In this document: piece after piece, positions 18,729 through 28,343 of the stretch
How positions within the stretch are numbered: the first letter of the stretch is position 1
How the letters are laid out: the number at the start of each line of letters is the position of its first letter
Assembly (NCBI GenBank): GCA_015063805.1
Contig: SVTK01000013.1
Span: 21,102-85,101, forward strand
Length of the DNA: 64,000 nt
Reading direction: 5' to 3'
Source: Oscillospiraceae bacterium
Lineage (GTDB): Bacteria > Bacillota > Clostridia > Oscillospirales > CAG-272
Program-made: the position numbers and the translations under genes
Notes under the pieces: generated by a model
The model's database searches: none
Told to the model about the DNA's origin: nothing
The model's input: only the letters and a program-made list of their open reading frames with translations

Positions 18729-20012
18729 TTACAGCGTGTGCGTAAAGAATGTGTCTGCTCTGCCGAGGATTCCGGCGACCAGGTCCGCTTCCTTACCCCG
18801 GGCGGCGGGATAAAGGCCGCTGTCCAGCCACGCACCCATCTGGGTACAAAGCAGGCGGCGGAGATAATCCTGCTCGGGGAAACGGAGGTAGGCGGGGGCG
18901 TTCCCCCACAGGCTGCGGCAGTATCCCATGGGATACGCGGCGGCAAATCCGGCGATGCCGCGGCGTATGTCCTCGGGGGCACCGCATCCGGGAGCATAGG
19001 CAGCGGGAAAACTCAGCCCGGCAGGAGGATTTTCGGTAAGAATCAAGGTGCGGGGCAGGGCATCCTCTGCGCTGAGATAATTGAGGAGGGCGGCATATTC
19101 AGCGGTGTTCTCTTCTGTGAGAACCAGCTGCATTCCCCATCCCCGGCGGCGGTATTCCTGTCCGAGGATGCGGTACATTTGGGCGACAAAACAGGTCTGC
19201 TGTTCAGTCGAGACACCTCTGCCATCGGTGCGGAGGGCGGCGAGCAGCGCCTGCTCGGCGTGGTAGGGATCGGGCCGCCGGAAGGTGAATTGTCGGGGCA
19301 GGGTGTGGCGCGCGCAAACACATCCCGCCTCAGCAAAGCGGTCGAGGACAGTGTGCAGAGCCGATTCCAGCGCGGCGAGATCGGTGACGGCGCGGCCGAC
19401 GGTGTTGCTCAAGGCCCGTATGGCGGCCGCAAAGCCGGGGCGGTTGGCGCCAAGAAGACCATCGGGGCAAAAGAGGGGGCGAATGTCGCAGGCAGAGGCC
19501 TCGGCAAGCCCACGGTAGGGCGTCAGATCCCCCTGCGGTTTCTCGGCCAGAAACAGCCGCTTGACCTGCCATGCCGCCAGCACATCCCGAGGACGAAGTG
19601 GAGTCCGGGCCAGTTGCTCGGCGGTGAGGGTCCAGATGGTATCACAGTTCTCCACCGTCAGCGTAAGATTACAGTCGAACAGGCGGTGCAGCAGCATCTG
19701 CTGAAACAAAGGAATGGGATGCCCGATCAGCGCGGGGACGCAGAGGCACCAGGCACGGAATCGTTCGTAATCGGCAGCATCCGGGGCAGTATTGCGCCGA
19801 TCTGCCCCGCATTGCACCATCAGCCGATGTATGTCGGGATGTGGGGGAAGCAGAAGCTGAGCAATGTTGCTGAAGGGGGCGTTGAGAGCCAGTTCTTCCG
19901 CTGAAAGTTCGGCGGCAAGCTCTGCCATGGGCAGAGTCTCAGCGCATCCGTGGTAGAGCCGCCGGGCGGTCTCCCCGGACAGCAGAAGATCTTGTTCGGT
20001 TATCCTGTTCAT
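18729..20012 (-). CDS. Glucuronate (uronate) isomerase-like protein, apparently lacking the conserved metal-binding/catalytic residues
   Basis: Blocks alignable to UxaC: EQDLLLSGETARRLYH, LDRFAEAGCVCARHTL, RRGWGMQ, DYLRRLLCTQMGAWLDSG. The DYHCHL HxH motif is replaced by AELAAEL, the downstream H (HIGA) by LVLT, and GWWFND by SLWGNA. Confidence 0.5.
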   Translation of the reverse strand: MNRITEQDLLLSGETARRLYHGCAETLPMAELAAELSAEELALNAPFSNIAQLLLPPHPDIHRLMVQCGADRRNTAPDAADYERFRAWCLCVPALIGHPIPLFQQMLLHRLFDCNLTLTVENCDTIWTLTAEQLARTPLRPRDVLAAWQVKRLFLAEKPQGDLTPYRGLAEASACDIRPLFCPDGLLGANRPGFAAAIRALSNTVGRAVTDLAALESALHTVLDRFAEAGCVCARHTLPRQFTFRRPDPYHAEQALLAALRTDGRGVSTEQQTCFVAQMYRILGQEYRRRGWGMQLVLTEENTAEYAALLNYLSAEDALPRTLILTENPPAGLSFPAAYAPGCGAPEDIRRGIAGFAAAYPMGYCRSLWGNAPAYLRFPEQDYLRRLLCTQMGAWLDSGLYPAARGKEADLVAGILGRADTFFTHTL

Positions 20013-20030
20013 GTTCTTCCTCCGGAGGAT

Positions 20031-20882
20031 TTATGCGGGATTCATTATGGCGTGCAGTCTGCGCAGGGAAGCGGCCAGCTTCGGCGTGTCGATGCCGTCC
20101 TCCCCCAGTACGGGAGATTCCAGGGTCACCGTGCCGCGGTATCCTGCGGCATGGAGGCGGGCGAAGAGGGCGGAGAAGTCGATTCTTCCCTCGCCGGGAT
20201 GAAGAATGGGGCGCAGACGGGAGAAATCCCGGGGAGCACCGTCCCGCAGGTCGCTAACGTGGATGTGGGCAAGGCAGCCCCCAAGCAGCCAGGGAAGGGA
20301 AAACAGGCTCTCGGACTGCCCGTGAAATGCGGCAAAGCGGGTGTCGAAGACAAAACGCTGTTCCGGAAAAGCGGCATGGATTGCGGCGAGATTTGCCGCA
20401 GGATCGGCGGTGGTGCAGGGGACGTTTTCGATGAGCAGTTCGAGGTCGTGCATTTTCGCAGTTTCCCGCAGAGCCGGCAGATAGCTGAGGTTGACCGCAA
20501 ACGCCCCGTCGGAATCGGTTCCCCCCCAAAGGTGGAGGACGATCTGTGCAGCACCTATCTGCGCTCCCATGGCGCAGTTCTTCTCCCACAGCGCCAATGC
20601 CTGATCGCAGAGGCCGGCATCCCCACGCACCGCACCTGAGCTGAGCAGCGTGCCCACCTCTTTGTCGGCGTGGATCACGGGAAAAGGCAGACCGGCAGCG
20701 GCAAAATCCTCTGCCATTCGGGGAAGCTTGTCCAAATAGGCCGGGAGCATCATCAGCTCCAGCCCGTCCAGCGGAATTTCCCGGCAGAGGTGGGGCATCA
20801 CATGGAGAATGTGTCGATAGTCATATTGATTGAGCCGACCGATGATGGCACCGGTGGAGCAATATAAGGGAAGATGTGTCAT
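20031..20882 (-). CDS. Sugar phosphate isomerase/epimerase (xylose-isomerase-like TIM barrel) family
   Basis: AP-endonuclease-2/xylose-isomerase-like TIM-barrel pattern (HLWGG, ELLIENVP, HVSD). Start set at MTHLPLY (20882) before the AT-rich divergent promoter region. Immediately upstream of and co-directional with the UxaC-like gene. Confidence 0.65.
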   Translation of the reverse strand: MTHLPLYCSTGAIIGRLNQYDYRHILHVMPHLCREIPLDGLELMMLPAYLDKLPRMAEDFAAAGLPFPVIHADKEVGTLLSSGAVRGDAGLCDQALALWEKNCAMGAQIGAAQIVLHLWGGTDSDGAFAVNLSYLPALRETAKMHDLELLIENVPCTTADPAANLAAIHAAFPEQRFVFDTRFAAFHGQSESLFSLPWLLGGCLAHIHVSDLRDGAPRDFSRLRPILHPGEGRIDFSALFARLHAAGYRGTVTLESPVLGEDGIDTPKLAASLRRLHAIMNPA

Positions 20883-21042
20883 GATATAGAACCGGCTTTC
20901 TTTTTTGGTCCGATACGGTGGAATCTCCTTACATTTTATCATATAACCCGAAAAACTGCAAGAAAAATTTTCGTTTTTCTCTTCCATCTGCGCGCAAAAT
21001 ATGATATAATAACTATATATTTTCTTTTTGGGGAGGATGCCC

Positions 21043-21861
21043 ATGTACTGTGCCGATAATCATGTGCATACTTGCTTTTCCTTCGATGGCGCACCCGGTG
21101 CTGCGCCCGATGCGGTTTGCCGTGCTGCCATTGCCTGCGGTCTGCAGGAGATCACCTTTACCGACCATTGCGATATCAACGGTCAGGTGGAGGGAATCTA
21201 TGCCCGCTATACCATGGAAGAAGCCCGGGCGGCTGTACTGACCGCCAAAGAAACCTACCGCGGCTGCCTTCAGGTGAACTGGGGCATTGAGCTGGGACAG
21301 CCCCATCAATATCCCGAAGAAGCACGGAAAATGATTGCAGACGGCGGCTTTGACTTTGTCCTCGGCTCTCTGCACAATCTGACAGGGGTGCCCGATTTCT
21401 CCTTTATGAAGTACGAGATCATGACCGACGAGCATCTGGATCAGCTCTTTTCCCGTAGTCTCGGCGAGATCATGGAGGTGGTCAAATTCCCGGGGATTCA
21501 CGCCCTGGCGCATCTGACCTACCCCTGCCGATACTACACCCTGGCCGGCCGAAGCTTTGACCCCATGCGATATGCACACCGCATTGCGGAGATTTTCGGG
21601 GAGATGAAGCAGCGGGGGCTGGCCCTGGAGATCAACACCTCCACCCTGCGCAAGGGATTGGACTTCACCCTCCCGCACACCCCCATTCTTGCCCTGTGGC
21701 GGGAGTGCGGCGGTGAAATGGTCACCTTCGGTTCGGATGCCCATACTCCGGCGGATGTGGGCGCTGATTTTGCAGACTTTGTCCACATGATGAAGTCCTG
21801 TGGATTTTCGTCATACTTCACCTTCCGCGGCGGTGAGCCGGTGGAACACCCTCTCGGGTAA
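21043..21861 (+). CDS. PHP-domain phosphoesterase (histidinol-phosphatase HisK family)
   Basis: N-terminal MYCADNHVHTCFSFDG PHP motif, further His/Asp motifs (HLTYP, GSDAHT). RBS GGGGAGGA. Confidence 0.75.
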   Translation: MYCADNHVHTCFSFDGAPGAAPDAVCRAAIACGLQEITFTDHCDINGQVEGIYARYTMEEARAAVLTAKETYRGCLQVNWGIELGQPHQYPEEARKMIADGGFDFVLGSLHNLTGVPDFSFMKYEIMTDEHLDQLFSRSLGEIMEVVKFPGIHALAHLTYPCRYYTLAGRSFDPMRYAHRIAEIFGEMKQRGLALEINTSTLRKGLDFTLPHTPILALWRECGGEMVTFGSDAHTPADVGADFADFVHMMKSCGFSSYFTFRGGEPVEHPLG

Positions 21862-21888
21862 CCTCAAGCAAGAAAGGAACGATTACCC

Positions 21889-23505
21889 ATGGATCTGACA
21901 AATTTCAGCCTGCTTTATCCCGATGCGGAGAGTCAGCGGGCCCATTACAGCGGCAAAGACCGCCCCGATATTGATGCTGACGTGGTGGAACAGCTGGGGC
22001 TTGGGGAGATGCTGGACCTCAAGAACAGCGACCTCAGCGATTTCTTCACCACCGATCCCCGGGTCATTACCTACCGTATGGCTACCTTCGGGGACATTTT
22101 GGCCAATGAACCGCTGATCAAAATGCTGGGGGATCTGATCCCGGTGCTCAGCGACGTGATGGAGCTTCGCCGCCTGGAGGCTGACAGCGGGGACACCGAG
22201 TCCTATCTGCTCAGTATTACCGAGATCGAATTGTACATCTCCAGCATTGAGATTCTCCACGGTACCCTTAAAGCGGTGAAGGACAATCTCAAGGGTGATG
22301 CTTTCCGTACTCTGGCCGACCGCATCATTGAGCTGGCGGAGAGCGATTATTACCGCAATCTCAATCAGAAGCTGGCCGAGCTGACCTCCCGTGTGCGGGA
22401 GATCAAGAGCGTGACGGTAGGCGTTAACCTGGATGCCCAGCTTCGCCCCAAAAATGCAGGGGTGCTTTCCATCAACAACGAACCCTTCCGTTCGGGGGAC
22501 GTGATGGAGAAGATCTTGCGCCTGGATTTCCGCAATGACGAATATACCTGCATTGCCAACCTGGTGCCCTTCGGCCGCAAACAGAGCGAGGATCAGAAAA
22601 TGGCCCTCAGCATGGCCTTCAATTCGGCCATTAACGAGGTGTACAAATCCTCCCTGCGTTCCTGGAAGAAGATCGTGCAGAGCTATGTGCTGGAAAATAC
22701 CGATTTCCTCTTGAACCTTATGCCCGAGATCGAGCTTTTGGTGAAGGGAACCCGGTTGGTGCAGAGCCTGCGTGAGCGGGGATGCGCCCTGTGTATGCCC
22801 ACCATCGCTCCCGCGGAGGCCCACACCTTCCGTGCCACGGGGCTCTATAACCCCGCTGTTGCCCTGAAGATCGAGGATGAGGTCGTCACTAACGACCTGA
22901 TTTTCGACGAAAACGCCGCCATCTATATTCTCTCCGGTCCCAACCGAGGCGGTAAATCGGTGATCACCTGCGCCCTGGGCCTGGCCCAGACCATGATGCA
23001 GCTGGGGCTTTACGTCCCCGCCGAATCAGCCGAGATTTCCCCTTGTGACGGGGTGTTTACCCATTTCCCCAGCGTATCCACCGATACCATTGACCATGGC
23101 CGTTTGGGCGAGGAATGTGTGCGGCTGGGGGATATTTTCGACCGCCTCAGTGCCGAGAGCCTTGTCCTGCTTGACGAGTCCCTCTCCTCCACCGGATCCT
23201 TTGAAGGCGCAGCCATCGCTACCGAAGTGCTGGCGGGGCTGAGCCGTGCGGGCTGTCGCTGCCTCTTCTCCACCCACCTGCATGAGTTGGCCGCCGAGAT
23301 CGACTCCATCAACGAAAGAACCGCCGCATTCGGCGGCGGACGGATCGATACCCTGGTGGCAGGAATCGAGGACGGTAAGCGCTCTTTCAAGATCCACCGC
23401 GCCAAGCCCGACGGAAAGAGCTACGCCCGGGACATCGCCGCCAAGTACGGCCTGTCCTATGAGAATATCATGAAGAAAATTGAAGAAAAATCGGAGGACA
23501 AATAA
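21889..23505 (+). CDS. MutS-family ATPase-domain protein (MutS domain V only; no mismatch-binding or Smr domains)
   Basis: Walker A GPNRGGKSV, Walker B LVLLDES, STHLHEL. About 300 aa N-terminal helical region with no recognisable MutS domain I. Confidence 0.7.
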   Translation: MDLTNFSLLYPDAESQRAHYSGKDRPDIDADVVEQLGLGEMLDLKNSDLSDFFTTDPRVITYRMATFGDILANEPLIKMLGDLIPVLSDVMELRRLEADSGDTESYLLSITEIELYISSIEILHGTLKAVKDNLKGDAFRTLADRIIELAESDYYRNLNQKLAELTSRVREIKSVTVGVNLDAQLRPKNAGVLSINNEPFRSGDVMEKILRLDFRNDEYTCIANLVPFGRKQSEDQKMALSMAFNSAINEVYKSSLRSWKKIVQSYVLENTDFLLNLMPEIELLVKGTRLVQSLRERGCALCMPTIAPAEAHTFRATGLYNPAVALKIEDEVVTNDLIFDENAAIYILSGPNRGGKSVITCALGLAQTMMQLGLYVPAESAEISPCDGVFTHFPSVSTDTIDHGRLGEECVRLGDIFDRLSAESLVLLDESLSSTGSFEGAAIATEVLAGLSRAGCRCLFSTHLHELAAEIDSINERTAAFGGGRIDTLVAGIEDGKRSFKIHRAKPDGKSYARDIAAKYGLSYENIMKKIEEKSEDK

Positions 23506-23982
23506 ATGGATCAGATTTTGAAAATGCTGGAAGACGACGCCACCCTTACCCCCGAGCAGATTGCCCTGATGTGCGAGAAGGAAGAGGGCGAGATCCGGGA
23601 CATGATCAAGCAGTACGAGCATGACGGTGTTATCCTAGCCTATAAGACCATCATTGACTGGGATAAAACCGACCGCGAATATGTCAGCGCCCTCATTGAA
23701 CTGAAGGTTACACCTCAGCGGGATCGCGGCTTTGACAAGGTGGCGGAAAAAATCTACAATTACCCCGAGGTACAGAGTGTATACCTGATGTCGGGCAGCT
23801 TTGATCTGGCAGTCTTCATTGAGGGGAAGACCATGCGGGAGGTTGCCTACTTTGTGGCGCAGAAGCTGGCGCCTCTGGAGTACATTCAGGCAACCGCAAC
23901 CCACTTTATTCTGCGAAAGTACAAGGATAAGGGCGTGGTTTACGGCACTGTGGAAGTGGATGAAAGAGGGAATATCATCTGA
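23506..23982 (+). CDS. Lrp/AsnC-family transcriptional regulator
   Basis: N-terminal HTH plus C-terminal RAM domain (VSALIELKV...VYLMSGSFDLAVFIEG). Confidence 0.85.
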   Translation: MDQILKMLEDDATLTPEQIALMCEKEEGEIRDMIKQYEHDGVILAYKTIIDWDKTDREYVSALIELKVTPQRDRGFDKVAEKIYNYPEVQSVYLMSGSFDLAVFIEGKTMREVAYFVAQKLAPLEYIQATATHFILRKYKDKGVVYGTVEVDERGNII

Positions 23983-25148
23983 TGGATTACACGAGCATTC
24001 TCTCCAGTACCGTTCAGGATATCAAGCCCTCCGGTATCCGTAAGTTCTTCGATCTTTTGGAAAATATGGAGGATGTGGTGGCCCTCACGGTCGGCCAGCC
24101 TGACTTTGCCACCCCCTGGCATATCCGCGAGGCGGGCATCGCCAGCCTGGAGCAGGGAAAGACCTACTATACCTCCAACGCAGGTACCATTGACCTTCGC
24201 CGTGCCATCGCTGAGTATCTGGAACGTCGTTTTGACTTGCGTTACAATGCTGAGCACGAGGTGATCGTGACGGTGGGAGGCAGCGAGGCCATCGACCTCG
24301 CCTTCCGCGCCCTGATCAACCCCGGCGATGAGGTGATCGTGCCCACCCCCAGCTTTGTTTGCTACGGGCCCCTGGCTGAGCTTTGCCACGGCAAGCCGGT
24401 TTACATTGAAACCAAGGCTAAGGATAACTTTAAGCTGACGGCCCAGGATCTGCGTGCCGCCATCACCCCAAAAACCAAACTCTTGGTGCTGCCGTTCCCC
24501 AACAATCCCACCGGCGCCATCATGACCCGAGAGGACCTCGAGTCCATTGCCGCTGTTCTCCGGGATACCAATATCATGGTGCTCTCGGACGAGATCTACG
24601 GTGAGCTGACCTACGGTCGCCGCCATATTTCGGTGGCCTCCATCGACGGCATGGCCGAGCGCACCATCATTGCCAGCGGTTTCTCCAAGGCTTATGCCAT
24701 GACGGGCTGGCGCATGGGTTATCTCGCCGCGCCTGCTGAGCTGGCACGCCAAATGCTGAAAATCCACCAGTATGCCGTGATGTGCGCCCCCACCACCAGC
24801 CAGTTTGCCGCCATTGAGGCCATGCGGAACGGGGACGAGGATATCGAATATATGGCGGCCGAGTATAACCGCCGCCGCCGTTATATCGTCAAGGGCCTGC
24901 GGGAAATCGGGCTGCCTTGCTTTGAACCCGAGGGGGCATTCTATGTCTTTCCCGAGATCGGTGCGCTGGGACTTTCCAGTGAGGAGTTCTGCGAGCGCCT
25001 GCTGCAGGAAAGCGGCGTGGCCATTGTGCCGGGTACCGCCTTTGGCGCAGGGGGAGAGGGCTTTGCCCGTATCTCCTATGCCTACTCGGTCAAGCACATT
25101 ACCGAAGCACTTGAACGCATGGGGAAATTCATACAAACGCTTCGCTGA
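23982..25148 (+). CDS. Class I/II pyridoxal-phosphate aminotransferase (aspartate aminotransferase-like)
   Basis: Aminotransferase class I fold. GFSKAYAMTGWRMGY contains the PLP lysine motif. Confidence 0.85.
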   Translation: MDYTSILSSTVQDIKPSGIRKFFDLLENMEDVVALTVGQPDFATPWHIREAGIASLEQGKTYYTSNAGTIDLRRAIAEYLERRFDLRYNAEHEVIVTVGGSEAIDLAFRALINPGDEVIVPTPSFVCYGPLAELCHGKPVYIETKAKDNFKLTAQDLRAAITPKTKLLVLPFPNNPTGAIMTREDLESIAAVLRDTNIMVLSDEIYGELTYGRRHISVASIDGMAERTIIASGFSKAYAMTGWRMGYLAAPAELARQMLKIHQYAVMCAPTTSQFAAIEAMRNGDEDIEYMAAEYNRRRRYIVKGLREIGLPCFEPEGAFYVFPEIGALGLSSEEFCERLLQESGVAIVPGTAFGAGGEGFARISYAYSVKHITEALERMGKFIQTLR

Positions 25149-25168
25149 AAGGATAAGAAGAAACTGTC

Positions 25169-27703
25169 ATGAAGAAGCTTCTTGTTGTTGACGGAAACAG
25201 TATTCTCAACCGTGCCTTTTACGGTGTCCGCATCCTGACCACGCGGGAGGGGCTTTGCACCAATGCGGTGTACGGGATGATCACCATCCTTTTGCGGCAT
25301 CTGGAGATGAGCGCCCCTGACGGCTGTGCCATTGCTTTTGACCGCAAGGCACCCACTTTCCGCCATCAGCGGTACGCCGAATACAAGGCCAACCGTCACG
25401 GGATGCCCGAGGAACTGGCCATGCAGCTGCCCTATGCCAAGGAAGCGGCCGCGCTGCTTGGTTTCCGCGTGCTGGAGCTGGACGGGTACGAGGCCGATGA
25501 TATTCTCGGAACCCTCTCGGTGCAGGCAAACGCCGCCGGGATTGCCTGTGATATTCTTACCGGCGACCGGGATTCGCTGCAGCTGATCACCGACGGAAAT
25601 GCAGAGGTTGGTGCGACCCGTGTCCTGCTCGCCACCAACGCTGACACTCTTATTTTTGATGAAGCGGCCTTTGAGGCCAAGTACGGGGTCAGGCCTTCCC
25701 AGTTCGTGGATGTGAAAGCCTTGATGGGAGATAGCTCGGACAACATTCCCGGTGTGCCGGGGATCGGTGAGAAGACCGCCCTGAAGCTGATTGCTCAGTT
25801 CGGCTCACTTGATGCCGTTTACGCGGCCTTGCCCGAGGCCGATCTGACCAAATCGGTGAAGGCTAAGCTGGAGCAGGGAAGGGAAAGTGCTTTGCTCTCC
25901 CGTGAGTTAGCACAGATCTTCTGCGCGGTTCCGCTGGATGCTGCGCCGGGGGAGATGACCTACACCGGCATGGATCGTGAGGGCTGTCTGGCGCTCTTTG
26001 AAAAGCTGGAATTCCACGCGCTGATCAAGCGGTTTGACCTGGGGACGGAAAGCAAAACCCTGCGTGCTGCCATGACGCCGATTGCCGTGTCGGCAAAGGA
26101 CCTGCTCGCTCTGCCGTCCGACATCCCGCTGGCGGTGAGCTTATCCGATGAAGGGGACACCTTTCTGTTCTGCGGAGAGGGGAAACTTTGGGAGATTCCG
26201 GTGGGCGAAATGCCCACAGAATTCTTCGCGGATCCCGCCCGCTCCTTCATCTGCTATGATTTCAAAACACTCCGCCGCGCATTGGCACGCCATGGCATCG
26301 GATTTGCACGGTGTACGCATGATGTGATGTTGGCAGCTTATGTGCTTAATTCCTCTGATAGCTACGGTCTGCCGAGATTGGTCAACCGCTATCTGGACGA
26401 ATCTTATGATGAAACCATTCCTACCGTGCAGTATGTAGATGCTCTTTACCCCATTTTGGATGCCAAGCTGAAGGAAGCCGACGAAGAGCGGCTGATGTAC
26501 GAGATTGAGCTTCCCACTGCCCGGGTTCTGGCAGATATGGAGACACGGGGCTTCAAGATCGACCGGGAGGGCGTCCGGAAGTTCGGGGAGAAGCTTGCCC
26601 GCTATGAAGCTGAATGTGCTGAGCGGATCTATATGCTGGCCGGCCGCACCTTCAATCTCAATTCTCCCAAACAACTGGGGGAGGTCCTGTTTGAGGATCT
26701 CGGCCTGCCTGCGGGAAAGAAAACGAAGACGGGGTACTCCACCAATGCCGAGGTGCTGGAACGCCTGCGGCCCTTCCATCCCATCGTTGAGGATATTTTG
26801 GACTACCGCCAGGTGGCCAAGCTTCGTGCCACTTATGCCGACGGCCTCCTTCGTGTGGCCGATGAGGCTGGGCGAATCCACACCAGCTTCAACCAGACCG
26901 GAACTGCCACCGGCCGTCTGTCCTCTGCTGAGCCGAACCTGCAGAATATTCCCATCCGTACCGCTTTGGGCCGGGAGCTGCGGCGGTTCTTTGTCCCTGA
27001 GAACAGCGACTATATCCTGCTGGATGCAGACTACTCCCAGATTGAGCTGCGCCTGCTGGCTGATATCTCGGAGGATGAGGCCATGATCCGGGCCTTTGCC
27101 GCAGGGGAGGATATTCATACCGCCACCGCCTGCACTGTGTTCGGTGTGGAGCCTGAGAATGTCACCTTAGAGCTGCGCAAGCGGGCTAAGGCGGTGAATT
27201 TCGGCATTGTTTACGGCATCGGTGATTTTTCCCTGTCCCAGGATTTGGGGATCCCCCGTGCTCAGGCCAAGCGCTATATTGAGGATTATCTTGCTGCTTA
27301 CAGTGGGATTGATGCCTATCTGAAACGCATTGTTGCCGAGGCATACGCAGACGGTTATGTAAAGACCATCTTCGGCCGCCGCCGTTTCATCCCGGAACTT
27401 GCCGGACAGAACAAAAATCTCCGGAGTTTCGGCGAGCGGGTGGCCATGAATAGCCCCATCCAAGGAAGCGCTGCCGATATCATCAAGATTGCCATGGTGC
27501 GTGTGGACGAAACTCTCCGTGCCCGTGGGCTGGATGCCCATTTGATTCTCCAGGTGCACGACGAGCTGATTGTAGAGGCACACCGCAACTGCGCCGAGGA
27601 AGCACTGGCTATCCTTCGTGAAGAGATGGAGAATGCGGTTGCGCTCAAGGTTCCCCTCGATGTGGATGCCAAAATGGGCGAGACCTGGTATGACTGCAAA
27701 TAA
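25169..27703 (+). CDS. polA: DNA polymerase I
   Basis: 5'-3' exonuclease N-terminus (VDGNSILNRAFYG), pol A motifs DYSQIELR, RRxAKxxNFGxxYG, QVHDEL. Confidence 0.95.
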   Translation: MKKLLVVDGNSILNRAFYGVRILTTREGLCTNAVYGMITILLRHLEMSAPDGCAIAFDRKAPTFRHQRYAEYKANRHGMPEELAMQLPYAKEAAALLGFRVLELDGYEADDILGTLSVQANAAGIACDILTGDRDSLQLITDGNAEVGATRVLLATNADTLIFDEAAFEAKYGVRPSQFVDVKALMGDSSDNIPGVPGIGEKTALKLIAQFGSLDAVYAALPEADLTKSVKAKLEQGRESALLSRELAQIFCAVPLDAAPGEMTYTGMDREGCLALFEKLEFHALIKRFDLGTESKTLRAAMTPIAVSAKDLLALPSDIPLAVSLSDEGDTFLFCGEGKLWEIPVGEMPTEFFADPARSFICYDFKTLRRALARHGIGFARCTHDVMLAAYVLNSSDSYGLPRLVNRYLDESYDETIPTVQYVDALYPILDAKLKEADEERLMYEIELPTARVLADMETRGFKIDREGVRKFGEKLARYEAECAERIYMLAGRTFNLNSPKQLGEVLFEDLGLPAGKKTKTGYSTNAEVLERLRPFHPIVEDILDYRQVAKLRATYADGLLRVADEAGRIHTSFNQTGTATGRLSSAEPNLQNIPIRTALGRELRRFFVPENSDYILLDADYSQIELRLLADISEDEAMIRAFAAGEDIHTATACTVFGVEPENVTLELRKRAKAVNFGIVYGIGDFSLSQDLGIPRAQAKRYIEDYLAAYSGIDAYLKRIVAEAYADGYVKTIFGRRRFIPELAGQNKNLRSFGERVAMNSPIQGSAADIIKIAMVRVDETLRARGLDAHLILQVHDELIVEAHRNCAEEALAILREEMENAVALKVPLDVDAKMGETWYDCK

Positions 27704-27723
27704 AAAACAAATTGCATACAAAA

Positions 27724-27755
27724 AGACCTGCCCTTACAGCGTAAGGGCAGGTCTT
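27724..27755. terminator. Bidirectional terminator after polA
   Basis: AGACCTGCCCTTA-cagcg-TAAGGGCAGGTCT. Confidence 0.75.
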
Positions 27756-27758
27756 CAG

Positions 27759-28322
27759 TTATTCTTCGGGGTGCCGGGCGATGGCGCGGCGTGCAATCTC
27801 CAGCAGACGCGCTCTGAGCCAGTTGGGCGAGAGGATTTGCACCTCTCCTTCCGCCAGGAGAATAGCGGCCAGGAAGAGATCCACCTGGGCAAACTCGCAC
27901 AGGAAACGGTCGCTGCCTTTTTCCTCGGCGATGAAGCGGTCGAGGGCCATGCGGGTCAGCTTGTCGGGGATGCGCAGGGTGGCGGTGAAAGGAATTTGCA
28001 GCTGTACGTAGCGAGGATGCCCGTTTTCTTCGTCTGCCTGTCGTTCAAGGGCGCGGGTTTGGGCATCGAGAAATTCGGTATAATCCCCTTCATTGGCGTT
28101 CTTATAATAGATAGGAAGGGAAAAATCTCCGGTGTAGCAGAAACCGCGGCGCTCGGGAGAGTAGTGCAGGGGAGCCCCCAGCTCCTTCCGGAGGAAGTGG
28201 ATATCCCGCTGTCCCTGGCGGCGGGAGATGGAAAAACGCTCGCACAGTCGCTGTGCATTGGGATAGCGCAGGGCGCGGATCTGCTCGTGCAGCCATTGAA
28301 TGCGGTTGTAAGCGTTGGACAT
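27759..28322 (-). CDS. HTH transcriptional regulator (YafY/WYL-like N-terminal HTH)
   Basis: N-terminal RIQWLHEQIRALRYPNAQRLCERFSISRRQGQRDIHFLRKELGAPL resembles the HTH_11 of WYL/YafY regulators. The C-terminal about 110 aa has no firm assignment. Confidence 0.45.
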   Translation of the reverse strand: MSNAYNRIQWLHEQIRALRYPNAQRLCERFSISRRQGQRDIHFLRKELGAPLHYSPERRGFCYTGDFSLPIYYKNANEGDYTEFLDAQTRALERQADEENGHPRYVQLQIPFTATLRIPDKLTRMALDRFIAEEKGSDRFLCEFAQVDLFLAAILLAEGEVQILSPNWLRARLLEIARRAIARHPEE

Positions 28323-28343
28323 GATGGCTCCCTTCTTGGCTGA

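Noticed and set aside
20883-21044. N-terminal 54-codon extension of the TIM-barrel isomerase ORF (20031..21044)
   Set aside because: The extension lies in the AT-rich divergent promoter region and encodes low-complexity K/Y/I-rich sequence. The internal Met (20882) is the likely start.
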